DNA from: the human T2T-CHM13v2.0 reference genome, Homo sapiens | Direction: 5' to 3' (one strand) | Length of the DNA stretch: 64,000 bases | Assembly: GCF_009914755.1 (NCBI RefSeq) | Contig: NC_060947.1 | In this document: positions 1 to 23,538 of the stretch, in pieces | How the letters are laid out: the number at the start of each line of letters is the position of its first letter | Position numbering within the stretch: the first letter of the stretch is position 1 | The notes under the pieces: generated by a model | What the model saw: only the letters and a program-made list of their open reading frames with translations | Told to the model about the DNA's origin: nothing | The model's database searches: none | Program-made: the position numbers and the translations under genes

Positions 1-3308
<3,308 letters not shown>

Positions 3309-4809
3309 AGTGAGGATGTGAATTAAGACATCACCACCATGGACAGGAACTAGAAGCTTTGAAACTGAGATAACTTCCCAGAATCCAAGAAAGCAATGGC
3401 CACAGACTATCCAGTGACACCTTGGCCTGTTTTCTGAATAATTATCTTTCAGCAGCTTGTTTCAGTTTTATCAACAGACAGAAGTAAGTCTGCTAAGAGC
3501 ACAAATATATTCTAGTTAATTGAGAAAGAATCCAGAGTCAGACTGGCTATTTCCTGGAGCAGATTATTGAACTGCCCTTAAGAAATTATTGAGGGATTTA
3601 GATCAAGGCTTAAAGGTAAATCCTTCCCCCTTCCATCTTGTTACATCAAATGTAAATTACAATATTGAGTTATGATAATCCATATCAGAAGCATATACCT
3701 TCAGCTGTTTTTCTGAAGCTTGTGACAAGAGACAGGCTTTTATACATTGCTGACCATGTTTTGTACCATGTCATCCTCCACTACTTTCACATTAGACAAG
3801 AGGTTGATTCTTGACCCAAAGACAGCCTACTTTGGCTGCTCTACTTTGTAAAAGATAGCCTGTAATATACACCTCTTCCAAAAGGCTGTTCTGTGCTGGT
3901 TGAATCAATTTGATTATTTTTCTTAGGGAGTTTGGACTCAAAGACACAAAGATAGAAAATTAGTTGGTAAATGGCAGAAGAGAAAATTAAAACAGATACT
4001 AAGAGTTAGGTGTACATGAGTAGAGCTCATGAGTAGGGGAGAATGGACACCAAGATACTAAAGTCGTAACATTAATGAGTCACTAGGACTATTGTGCCTG
4101 GAGGGAGAGTTGTGGTTATATCTTGAATGATCCTTGGGTTCTTTGTGAGGCCTGACCATGCAGCTGCTGAAACCTGTTTCCTTTTCTTCTTTACTTCTGC
4201 ATATATCCTTATACTAACCCCTCATCTTTGTTTTCTTGCAAGCCATATAACATGTTTATCAAAAGGGTTATAGCAGTAGCCAATTAAGTAACAGACACTC
4301 CCTCTTTTCCTTCTCCTTCTTCCCTGCCCCAAGCCACTAGTGGATCTAATTTCTCTAAGGAAAAAGAGGGGCAGGGGAAGTGAGTGGTGCCACCCATTTG
4401 CCCCTTCAGGTACCTGGGTCCGAAAGACAAACCAGCAATGGAGGAGGGAAACACTTTGAAGCATATGTAAGATTAATAATTAAACTACAACCAGAAAGTT
4501 ATGGAATCTTCCCAAGATGTTATTACAGGACTTGAAAGGAAGATTTGACATTGTATGTCTGGGAGCAATGGTGAAGAAAACCAAAAAATAATTTTATGTT
4601 CATACCCTCACTGAGGTGAGACTTCTCAATAAACTAGATATTAACAGTTATACATGCCCTTTTTCAAACTACTTTTGCTTTTTTAAAAAAGCAAAAATAT
4701 ATAATATCATCATATAAAAGGAAAGGATGATACACTCCTCAATTTGAAAAGGGTGGTTGTAATAAGGACACATAAGTTTGCAGCAGTGTGCATTCAAAAA
4801 ATAGGGTGG

Positions 4810-4810
<1 letters not shown>

Positions 4811-4840
<30 letters not shown>

Positions 4841-4857
4841 TACACACACACACACAC
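4811..4857. repeat. Interrupted (CA)n microsatellite
   Basis: CA run with two TA interruptions, read directly. Confidence 0.95.
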
Positions 4858-4888
4858 GAGATTTATTGTACTTTAAAAATAATGAACA

Positions 4889-5639
<751 letters not shown>

Positions 5640-6535
5640 TTTTGCCTTCCTGCAGTTATGCAAGGAGTTGGCAGGGGAATTGATTCATTATTTAATTTTA
5701 TAATGAAAGAAAGAAGAACATTAGGATTCAAAAGTTGGATTACCAAATGATGACTTGTCAACTCATTCCCTGCACTCCAAGTATCAGCAAATTAAGAGTA
5801 CCAGTTCCTTCATTTGCCACATTTTTATACTCCGTGGGCTGCCATTACTATTCTCATGTGTCACTTGTGTTACAGTTACCTGACTGCACTCTCATAAGGA
5901 CAGTTCTTGAAAAGCCGCTTCCATACCATACTTGCTTTGTGCCTGTGCTTGGCACTGAAGAAGACACAGATACACATTTGACCTCCTGATGGTGCTCTGG
6001 AAGCCAAAATGATTCCTTTCCCTCTCACCTTCCTGATTAGGCTTGTGTTTGTGTGTCTTATGAAGATGGTTAGCTATATTTTACGGTGTTATATTCTGAG
6101 ATGGCAATCTAGTTGAAGTCCATAGGTAAGGAGCTAGGTCTTTTGTAGAGAAGCTGAGTTTATTCAGTGTTATTCAGAGGCAGTCTCAGACAGCAAAGCA
6201 AAACTTGAAAAGCAGATTTCCCCTTGGCTTTTGAAAAACCTCTCTTCTCTTTTTTGTGACTGTTCTTTTGGAACTGGACTTTATGGGCTCTAAAATGTAA
6301 ATTCAGAAAGAAATGAATGTGTAATTGTTGCTTCATTATCTTGTGTCATTCTTGGCTTTGGCTCTCCAAAATTGCTCTCTTCAATTGCAAGTAGACTTAT
6401 ATTGAATGTTGATGTTCTTTCCCTCCTTCCACCTGTGATGAGGCCTTGTTTTACTGATGTGGCTGGTCCTTGCCAAGGTCCTTCAGCACCTCAAAAGCAG
6501 ATTGTGAGATCCACACATATCTGTACCTAGCATGA

Positions 6536-6665
6536 TTTTTTTTTTTAAAGACACAGCATCTCACTATGTTGGCCCACACTGGCCTTGAACTCCTGAGCTC
6601 AAGAGATCCTCCCACTTTGGCCTCCTGAGTAGTGGAGGCTACGGGTGCACACCACCACATCCAGC
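6536..6665 (-). mobile_element. FLAM / Alu monomer
   Basis: Poly-T followed by a single diverged reverse-complement Alu arm. Confidence 0.85.
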
Positions 6666-6705
6666 AATTAGCATATGCTTGTCGTTGACAGTATATGCTC
6701 TAGAG

Positions 6706-7013
6706 CAGGGGTTGGCAAACATTTTCTGTAAAGGGCCACGTAGTAAATATTTTAGGCTTTGTGGGCCATAAGGTCTCTTACTGCAACAACTCAACTCTGC
6801 TGTTGTGGCATTAACACAGCTATAAACTAAACATAATGAATGATCTTGGCTGTGTTTCCATAAACATAGGGACTAAAATTTGAATTTTGTGAAATTGTTA
6901 TGTAGCACAAAATATTATTCTTTTTAAAATGTCAAAATCATCCTTAGCACATGTGCTGGTAAAAAACCGCCAGTAGGCTGGATTTAATCACAAGAAATGT
7001 AGTTTGACTTCCT
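6706..7013 (+). mobile_element. MER58B-like hAT-Charlie element
   Basis: CAGGGGTTGGCAAACATTTTCTGTAAAGGGCC...AAATATTTTAGGCTTTGTGGGCC matches the MER58 end. Confidence 0.85.
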
Positions 7014-7039
7014 CTACTCAAGGCGTCTCGGGGTCCTAA

Positions 7040-7212
7040 AGCTGGTTCTGTCACTTCACAACTATGTGACCTTGAACAAGTTAATTCACCCAAATTACCC
7101 TCAGTTTCTTTACCTGGCCAATAAAATAGGTTGGTGTGGAAATTTCAATATAAATCTCTTCGAACACTGCCTGCCATATAGTCAGCATTCAATAAATGGT
7201 AGATATTATTAA
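7040..7212 (+). mobile_element. MIR
   Basis: Core TGTGACCTTGAACAAGTTA...CTCAGTTTC and 3' end CATTCAATAAATGGTAG. Confidence 0.75.
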
Positions 7213-9451
7213 TATTCCTACCTCCAAAGACATCTTTGTTTTATCTTTTCAGAGATTAAACTCAGATTACTTTGGTACATCATTTTGAATTGAGTTAGAT
7301 TTGTTCTTTTTCCAAATTTGTTTTTTACTTACTTTTCCCTTCACAAGCCTTCCATGCTCTTAGTAAGTAAATGATTCTGATAAGACACACGGAGTATTTC
7401 AAAGCTCTCTTTGAAATATTAATTATTTAAAATATCGAATGTGAGATTTTTTTTTCCAGAGGCATAAACTGGTTTTTCTGGTAAGCGTTAACATTTAGGT
7501 TTATTGGGTGCTTGTTTATTTATAGAATGTGTAATTTTCATCTCTCAATCTTCTAGCATATAGGTAACTGGGAAAAAATGAATAAGCATAAACATTTTTT
7601 TAACCACCATTTGCTATCAAACTCTCTCACCTTATGCAAAGTGTCAAAATGTGCCTTTGGCTGAAATGTTTCTTCACTGAAACTCTACCATTAGAAATAA
7701 CAAGCTTCTCTTTAAGATATACATACATTAGGGAAAGTTAACTCACCAATTCAGTTCCCCTAACAAACTTTTAGGTAACACCTACCATGTAGACATTTTG
7801 GGAGAAATCACTTCATCCATCCTTCATCATTTATCAGTTTGGGGTATAATATCCACTTATGACCCCTAATACAGTATTTATTCCATGGCAAAATGTACCT
7901 AAAACATTAATTTTAAAAGTATTTAGGAACAGTAGTATTCACTATGAAGTTTATCTGGGATTTGATGATTCACCTCACTATAGGAAACTGTTAATTACCT
8001 GTTCTGGCAAGGAGATGAGATACTAGAATGAATGAACTCTCTAACCGACATTTTCCCCTATGGTTTTAACTTTAATTGCTCTGAGATTAATTTTCTTTTT
8101 AGTGGATACCACTGTGCAAGGCCTCAACCTGGGAATGTAATGTTTTTCTGTTTTGTTTTACAAACTTTCGACTACCACATCATGTAATTACTACACTGCC
8201 CCTAGCTCATCCTGTGGATTCTAGTAATTTCTTCTAAGCTCCTGTGTCCTCTTTTCCGTCTTGAAAGTTTTCTTCTTTTGAATAAGAGCATCTGCCTTCA
8301 TTATTTTCCATAGAACTTTATACTTTCTATTTATGCCCTCTTCTAATCTCTTTGGAATATCTTGATTTCCTTAAACACTTTCTGGCTGTAAATAACTTCA
8401 TAGACTATTATCTTAGTTACCATCTGTTGATTTTCCAAGTCACCATTAACTCCATTCTTCACTCACTTCCAATTAAACCACAAACTAACAAAATCCTCTT
8501 GTCGCCTAAAGGCTTTCTAGGTGCTTGTGGACTGAAATATAAGTTGCTGAGGTTTTTTTGATGACTATTGACACAGTGCTTTGCCAAATGGTTTGATTTC
8601 TCTTATTTCTGATTCATTTATGGTTTTACTATTACTCTTACTGATAGATATTAAAGTCTTGCAGAACGATGTGTTATTTTCACCATATTGTGGTAACCTT
8701 TTACTTAGTCTTTATTATCTCCTATTGTTTCATGTTAAATTCTGAGAGTTATTTGTCAGCCGTGGGCCTTCATGTTTGTTAGATCTCAGAGAAGGGATTT
8801 TTATTTTCCTCTTCTTTAATAAATGAGCAGTCTTCAATTTTGTGTTATCTACAAATCTGTATAACTTGCAGCACGTTCTTAATCTGGACCATGATAGATA
8901 CCGTGAAAAAGATTGAATCTAGCACTGGTTTTTCTTGCACTCCACTTGTCATCGCCTTCTTATGCTGTCAACTTCCATTTACTACTGCTGATGACCTTGC
9001 TCACAAAACAATTTTGCGTTTCTATTTATTCTTTTACCAATAATGACCAAATTGGCCATCTGACTGTACCTAGAGTTCTATGCAGAATAATATTTGTCAC
9101 TGCAAATCAAATTGTATTTGTCATATAATTGATTTCTCTCCCAATCTGGTCCACTTTGCATGCTACGGTGAGGCTGATCTTAAATGCCACCTTTGTCATG
9201 TCACTGTCCTGTTGAAGATCAATCAGTGGGTTTTTAGAGTCCACTGAAGCACATTCAAGTTTCTTAAAATGATATCCAAGCTCCTTTAGAACTTTGCTCT
9301 GATATTACCTATCCAACTGTAACTCCTGTATCTTTCAACTCTGTTTCTCTCCTCATGCTTTATCATGGATACCATCCATATTTTATTTCAGGTGGCTATG
9401 CTGATTCAAAGTGGCCTCAACTCTTTTTTACCCCCTTAAAATTATGTGATA

Positions 9452-9648
9452 TAAATAGACAAAACTAATATATGATGATAGATATTCAGACATATGTTTC
9501 CTCTGAGTGGGCAAAAGAGAATTTTCTAGAGAGTTGGAAATGTTCAATATCATGATTGTGGTGGTAGTTACATGGATGTATGCATTTTTCAAGACTCTTC
9601 AAACTGTACAATTAGTATCTTTCCATTTCAACATTTGTAAATTTACAC
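9452..9648 (+). mobile_element. Old L1M (L1MC/L1ME) 3' end fragment
   Basis: GACAAAACTAATATATGATGATAG...GGTGGTAGTTACATGGATGTATGCATTT...AAACTGTACA, typical old L1 3'UTR. Confidence 0.65.
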
Positions 9649-10283
9649 ACACACACACACAGTGCACATGTATGTGCACTAGGAGTTCAGATATTTAGAT
9701 TTTATTATCTGTGAACCAGTATGATCTGTTTTTTTTTTAAATCTGTTTTTGTGTCTTTTACATGAAATTATAATAAAGTGCTCTAGAAATGTAATGTTTT
9801 CAGAGGCTTAAGTCCCATTTCTTCCATGAAATCTTCCCTAACTCCTCAAGCCCACAGAAAGCTTAGTTTTATTTTTAAAAATGATTTCATATGTGCAAGT
9901 ATTATCTCACATAAAGAAGGGTCCTACTTTCAGTAAGAAGCCTTTTGCTTCTATGGGATCATTTAACAGTGATTGGTTCATAGCAACTTTTTTCAACTTT
10001 GAGCAGCTCAACTTTTGCAGAAAACTTTAATTATACAATCTAGAATTCAAGGAGGCTATAACAGTGAATTAAAACCATTATGCCTCGGTTAAGATTTTAG
10101 GAAATGATTTTTATAGTATTGGCTTTACTTCAGTAATTTTCAAGGTGTGATAAACTGGAATACAGTCTTAGGAAATGAGAGAGTCCAGGGCACTTGGTGC
10201 TTAAGTGCCTAGAGGAGTAAGGGGTATTCTAATTAATAATGTTTGATAAAAAGGAAGGAGAGCACAGAGTAATTTCAAAAACT

Positions 10284-10805
10284 ATGAAGGGTCAGAGATT
10301 TTGCCCTACTTGCATGCCAACAAGTTAGCCTGCTGCAGTTTCAGCGATGCTGGCAGAACACACAAGACTCCTGGGTCAGAGACACATAACTCTTGTTATT
10401 CATTCATGATACAGCAAGCAATATGAGCTTCACGTTCACATTGTTTTCCTTTGCCCTCCAACCCCCAGAGTTGGAAAGCAAACCTAGACCAGGGTTGGGA
10501 AGGCAAACCTAGGTGGATGCTGCACTCACGGTGGGTTTGTGTCATTGCTGAGGAATCCCTGCTTAGGGAACCCAAATCTTTTATAATGGACTGAACACAA
10601 ACCTGCCTGACATTTTTCCTAGAGGGAGATATAAGCTGTCTGCAAAGCAAATGAACCTGTCGTCTTCTCTAGAGGAAGACACTGTATCTTCCAAGGTTGT
10701 TTTCTGTAAAAACATCCTTGAAAAGATAGTACAGAAAAAGGCCATCAGTGCCTCTGTTCACAAAATGTGCAGAAATGTGAGAAACCCATAGAGAATTGTC
10801 TGTAA
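10284..10805 (-). mobile_element. ERVL-type solo LTR (LTR40-like)
   Basis: Reverse complement begins GACAATTCTCTATGGGTTTCTCACATTTCTGCAC...CTATCTTTTCAAGGATGTTT, matching my recollection of LTR40-family consensus; length ~520 bp. Confidence 0.65.
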
Positions 10806-11759
10806 GTAAGTATGTGCTAGCCAATAGGAATAGGCTTGCACAAAGGTATAGCAGAGGTAATTCATTTACCTAGTGCTAATTGTAATCTGTATCATCTCCA
10901 AACCCTTTTGTGAAAATTAAGACAACACAACACAAGTAAATGCTGATACTGAAAATTAAGCAGCAGGCATTCGGCATCTACTAAATGACAAATACTAAGG
11001 GAAACATGAAAAAGAAGGTACAACCCATACCTTTTATTTGATATGATGATAAGTAGCTCACACAAAGCCCACAGATGCATGCAGCCCACCTAAGTCCTTA
11101 GTAATATCTGTGACTTTCAAGCTGAGTAGAAAGTTGCTTCTGAAGTGTTACCTCTCAGATATGCCCATAAGTTATTATTTTAGTGGCTAAAAGCATTACA
11201 AAATTTTCCCTTGATATTCTTTCACTCAGTTAAATAGGTATTGTATGTTGTAAAAAACACATTTTTTGCACGTGTTCAATAAAGTTTTTGTCTTTTTTAA
11301 TGAAATAAACACATAAACAATTTTTTTTCTTGAGGTTGAACTCGTAGACCAAAAAAAACCCTACTCACTACTAATTACATCTAAGTAAGAATTAATGGTT
11401 CTATGAACTTGGAAGTTCTAAGTGAACTGTCAACCTCAAATTAAATCACATACAAAATTTCACTGAAATGCATTCAAAATGAAGAGTAACTTCTTTCAAA
11501 GGATCATGTTGACTTCCATTTTGTTTTAGGAAGACTAACTGAAATATAATCAATCCCATGATTATATTCATAAAACCTTGATTCAGTAAGGTTAGACATT
11601 TTATGAAAAATACTCAGCTTCTTTGAAAGTTATCGTGGAGCAAAAGAAAAAGTAATGGGGGACTGAAGCCTACATTTCTTTCCTTTAATACATCAGTGAT
11701 ATTTACAAAAATTTTTTTTTTAGCAGAACTATTTGGCATATATGTTCTCAGAAGGGACA

Positions 11760-11980
11760 ATATTACCCCAAAAGGGATGAATACTGGTTCTTGGGAATGT
11801 GGGTGGAAAAACATCTTAGATATTGCAATGGTTTGTAGCCTTCCAAAGGACCGCGGTACATAAACAGACGTACAAGATATCTGTGGCATTAAATGTTAAC
11901 AATAGGGGTCATTAGAAAAAATATCTAAAAAGACTCCCAGTGGGAGGAAGACAATAATGAAAAAAGGTTGAGAGACGTTG
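11760..11980 (-). mobile_element. Charlie4-like hAT fragment
   Basis: TCTTAGATATTGCAATGGTTTGTAGCC...GTACATAAACAGA...ATAATGAAAAAAGGTTGAGAGAC terminal motif. Confidence 0.65.
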
Positions 11981-12062
11981 CTCTAGCATAATATTTCGAC
12001 AAGTATAGTGAGGTAGCAACTACTAAATTAAGCAAAGGTATTTATTTTTATTCCCACTTGAC

Positions 12063-12405
<343 letters not shown>

Positions 12406-12929
12406 TAATTACAATATAATAGCATTAAAGAATTTTAATAAAACAATATCTATAATGTTATACATTTTTATGTTTGCATATTATTTAGGTAAATCATAAA
12501 TATATTTTTTCAGTAATTTACATATATTTACTTTTCTACATAGTCTTTATAATTATCATTTTTGTAAGGATACATAAAATTTCACTTGTGCTGTTGTCCT
12601 CACCTTCTTGTACTTATATATCTCTAAAAATTCCTTCCCTGTCTTCTTTGCAATTCTGCTTCTCCTGACTGCCTGTTAAAAGTTGGGTTTCTCTGATTCT
12701 GGGGAGGGGATTAGGAAGACATTAGTCAAAAGACACAAAATTTCAGTTGGACAAGAGGAATAAGCTCAAGAGATCTATTGTACATCATGGTAACAGTAGT
12801 TAATAACAATATATTGTGTATTCAAAAATTGCTCAGAGATTTTAAGTGTTCTGACTACCAAAAAATGGTGACATATGTTAAACAGCTTGATTTAGTCATT
12901 CCACAATGTTTACATATATTAAAACATCA

Positions 12930-13292
<363 letters not shown>

Positions 13293-13345
13293 TTACTTGT
13301 CAATTAAAAATTCTTAAATATTTTTTAAAAAGTTGAGGTTCTCTG

Positions 13346-14135
<790 letters not shown>

Positions 14136-14139
14136 ATAG

Positions 14140-14730
<591 letters not shown>

Positions 14731-15081
14731 GTTAACTTATCGAATAGTGTTCAAGCCCCATATCATAGAATTTTCATCTTTCATCATCTGGGCACTAATT
14801 CCTAGTTCATTTCAACTTCTTCCAGCTATTGAGCAAAGAGCACTGGGCTTGGTATCAGACTGATCTGAGTTCATACTTGGGCCTCTCCACCACAGTTGAA
14901 ATACATATAGTTCTTATCTCAGTATGTTGTGAGGATTAAAATATCTAACAACTGTAAAGTGTCAACTGCATATAATTTAATTCTCCCAGGTACATTCTAG
15001 CCATACCAAACTACCTTCAGGTCTTTTTTTTTCTATTGAAAAGAGCAGGTGATACTTCAGATGTGTCTGTGAGCTTAATGA

Positions 15082-15504
<423 letters not shown>

Positions 15505-15613
15505 TAGACCTGAGAACCTCAGTGTTTCTCTTCATTTTTTTTTTTCATTCAATACCCCATCCTAGAGAGTTTATTTTAAAAGAATAAATTATTATAACAT
15601 TGGAGAAGTTTCA

Positions 15614-15991
<378 letters not shown>

Positions 15992-17033
15992 TCATTTGTG
16001 ATCTCATACCCCATAGTTAATTTTTTAAACAAAGTAGGATTTAGATTTAACTTTGGAATAGCATCAGAAACAATGTCCTTTCCCTCTTCCCTCCTTCTTC
16101 TCTTAACCCTCTTGCCTGCAAATTGTCATCTACCTCACACTCACACATTTAGCTACCCTCAAGGTAGCCACCTATTTAGGGTCCTTTTCATCAGCTAGGC
16201 CAGTTAGGAAGAGCAGGCTGAGCTCGCTGGGGATTATGCACAGTGTAATAGAGACTTTCTGGCCATTGACACCTTGAGACAAACACTCTAACAAATCTTT
16301 AAAGTGTTTTTCATGGCTAGAGTTGTCAAAGATAGGAGGAGGGTAAAATGTTTTAAATGCTGTTTCTGTTAGGAATTTCCACGAACATCTTCTGAGCATC
16401 CCACTTATGGCTCCTTAACAGTTCTTTCCCATAGGAAAAGTTTAGACACACAGCAGCATTCTAAAAAGGAAGTGGGACTCTGGCTGATGTCCCTAAAAGT
16501 TAAAATGTGGCCTTTCAGATAATGTGGTCACCTTTTTCTTTATACAGTGTTAGCATCTCAAAATGGTAAAGGATATGGATTAGGTAAGAATTGAATGCAA
16601 ATGTGTTTTGCAAATAGTGTTTTCTAAGATAATCGCAGATGATGGTTGAATGCCGAAAGTATTAATACAATCAGTATTTAACCTTGTGTAACTCCGCTTC
16701 ATCAAATCACGCCCTGCACATTGATTGCATTAAGCTGAGTCAGTGGTTTCTTGGTTAGGAATATCTTATAAGAATCTTAACAGGAAGGCAGCAGTAGCTG
16801 ATCAGCTACTGTTTATTTGCATACTGAGCGTGTCATCAATAATACAAAAGACAAGGTCTTTAAGTTGAAAGAACAGTGGGATTGGCATGAATTTTTCTTA
16901 ATGGTGCATAATAAGCAAAGTAGTCTGTGGTGCCAGAAACTGACAGGATCCATTATGTTAAAACAGATATATGTCTTTAATTTAGGGGTATTATGTAAAT
17001 CTGACAGGAGTTTTTCCCTTTATTTTCCTGTAG

Positions 17034-17291
<258 letters not shown>

Positions 17292-19674
17292 TAACAGTTG
17301 ATCTCAGCTCATGTGTGAAATCTCAGCAGGCATCTACATGATTGCAAGTTTCAACTTGGTAAATGTATCTTCAAATAACTGTAGACTTTACAACAAAAAT
17401 CAGAAACAAGGACTCCCACTGTGTTTAATATTAAATATTTTAATTGTTATTTTATGAGCATGTGGTTTAGGTGGAAAGTAGTTTAAAACCATAAATGTAA
17501 TTAAATCATTAAAAGTAATTGGCCCTAAGGAGATCACATTAGCTATTCACAGGTAAGGAAACTGAGACAATGCTTGTTTCTAGAGACCGTTTTGGTTTTG
17601 CAGTGCAGTCTGTTCTCTGTGATCCATGTTAATAAAGGGAGGAGAGGAACAGATACTCCAAGATCCCCTCAAATCCCAAAGTTTTTGTTTTTATATTTGA
17701 TTAGTAACAGTTAAAGCCACACTATGAAAATAGATCTCAGGGGAAGAAAAATCGTAAAAGAAGTAAAACAACCTCCCTCACCCAAGTGAACTGGAAAGTT
17801 GTCTACTTTCTCTGTTCATACCCTATGGTAGAAGTAAATAATGTAATAGCTCCTCTAAGGATAATCCAAGTAGGCTGAACTGTCTACCTCCTCTCAGTAA
17901 AGTTTTCTATTTGTAGCTCATATCTTTCTTGAAGTAGAGAAAGAAATTAGGTATGTTGATTTTAAGACTCCTCTTCATGGGCTGTAAAGCTATATGGAGA
18001 AGTAAATGAAAAATGGAAAATTAATAGTCAATATGTAAACTCTACTTCATTTAGATTAATAAGATTTGCCTTAAATAGCCTGCAATTCCAAAAATATTCT
18101 CTATTTGGACTGGAAGTTACCATGTGTCATTTAATGGAAATTAGTAGCTCTCAAAACCATTGTATTGCAACAAACGAGTGAGAGAAATGGGGCCCAGAAC
18201 ATAGTTGTCCAGGAAAGCTTTTGGCAGTGATGACCTTGATGGCAGAAGACAATATATGTTATATTCATCTTTTTCACATTTGGGTGAATCCTGATGGATA
18301 TTGGATAACATTCTGCCTCTGCTATTTATGGATGGTCCCTGAGAGATTAACCTAAAGATAAGATTTGATTGAGAGGAAACAAGTGTTTTGGTTGGAGTAT
18401 AAGACTACTTTTATGTATATGAATGCATCGTAGATGGCCTACAAAAAGGGTGGAAGACTGGACGAAAAAAAGAATGGAAGTCTGTATTTATAAGTTCATA
18501 TTCATTTTGAAGGTAATGCTGCATGGCAGAATACTAGGAGCACTACTCATCTATAACTATGAGGCAGCCATTCCACTTATCCGCAGCCTTTGTCTGTAAA
18601 TGAGAATGTTCTACCATGCCATCAAGCCCCTATCACCTCTTAAGGAAAATAAAAACCTTCACTGCTCTTTCTTGAACTATCAGAGCAATAGTAGTCAGTG
18701 AAAGGTGAACTGAAATCATTTTTGTATCAATTCATTTCTCTGTTAAGCAGCTGATAAGTGAAAACATGTTATTCTGGGCCATAAAAGAACTGCCATAATT
18801 TTTCTAGGCTGTTTATTTTAAAAATGCACATTTGCTAAAGCCCTTGTCTGATTAGTCTCACACCTCATACTGATTCCAGAAAAACTGTACTTGGAGAGAG
18901 AGATCATTCCATGGGGTTTCTGTGAGTTTGGTACTCAAGGGAATATAGTGTTGTCAACTGTGAAACACCAAGAATATATTCACAAACTGCATAATTTTAT
19001 AGTACTGATTCCAAGTAATCTAAATTGGGATTTCCTTTGGTTTGTAGCTGGAGTGCCTCCATGAACACATAGGGTTAAAAATATCACTCGATTTAGCTGT
19101 GGCAGTCATTCCAAGTGGCAGCAGCCAAAGCAAATGTCCAGAGGTAAAACGAAACTCGAATGCAGACAGTGGCAGTGGTTGGGAAGCACCTTGGTCATCA
19201 GTAGAAGAGCTGGAAGTGAGGGAGTGGGGACAGAAGGCACAGAGTTTACAAGTCTGCCAAAAAACTCTGTCTGCCTCTTTCTGGAAGAAGCAGAACCGGG
19301 GACTTTTACAGATTTCCTCCTTGCCTCAGCCCTTCCTAGCTAGATCATCTTTTCCTGCTAGTCCCGTTATTTTTACTTTCTTAGGCACCTGATTTGTTTC
19401 CTTTCCAAGATCCCATTGACTTGGTATTGTTATACTTTCCCTGTTCAACATTGACATTCTTGATCTTTTCCAACAACCTCCACTTCAGCATGATGAGATA
19501 AAAGCAGAAAAGGCTAATTATAAAGAAGGCTATCTTCCCCCAAGTAAAGTAAAATAAAAGGAAAATCCAAAAAACACTAAAATCAGAGTCAACCACAATC
19601 AGCGGAGATGTACTTACTGCTCTGCTTGCCATTTTCATTACCATCGCTTATAGATGGGTATTACTGTTATGTAA

Positions 19675-20355
<681 letters not shown>

Positions 20356-20618
20356 ATCTAATTGTAATGTTTTAAATTTTATATGTAAACAAGATGAGGT
20401 GATAGTCTGTATTCTTCATTAGAAAATCAAAATGTTAATAAATGATATGATTAGTTGCCTAAATTATAAATCGCCCACTCTGAGCCTGTGCCCCCTACCC
20501 AAGACCTACCATATTTAGTAACTCAGAAGGAGCTTCCACATATTGCCTCCAGCCCATTCAGCGGATGTGCTGTTTCAGTTAAGTACCAAAAGGCATTTCA
20601 AGGTAGACTATCATATCA

Positions 20619-21101
<483 letters not shown>

Positions 21102-21119
21102 TTAGGAAATGAGCCCCTA

Positions 21120-22900
<1,781 letters not shown>

Positions 22901-23100
22901 AGTTAGAGTAACCACTCCCAACCCCCCACCTCTCTCCTTTGTGTCTGTATAATATGGGCTATTCTTTCTAGCAGTTTGGTGGGTGAAAGGTACATCTCAT
23001 TTTTCCTTCACAACCTAGTATGGATTTATCTTCTCTGAATTTTGCTAAATCTTTCTTGATCCTGTGTTGTTACAGCCTTTGTTACCACATAAGATAATAA

Positions 23101-23538
<438 letters not shown>

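Noticed and set aside
16636-16740. Possible C/D-box snoRNA (ATGATGG...CTGA)
   Set aside because: Imperfect C box, no terminal stem, and no recognisable rRNA or snRNA guide.
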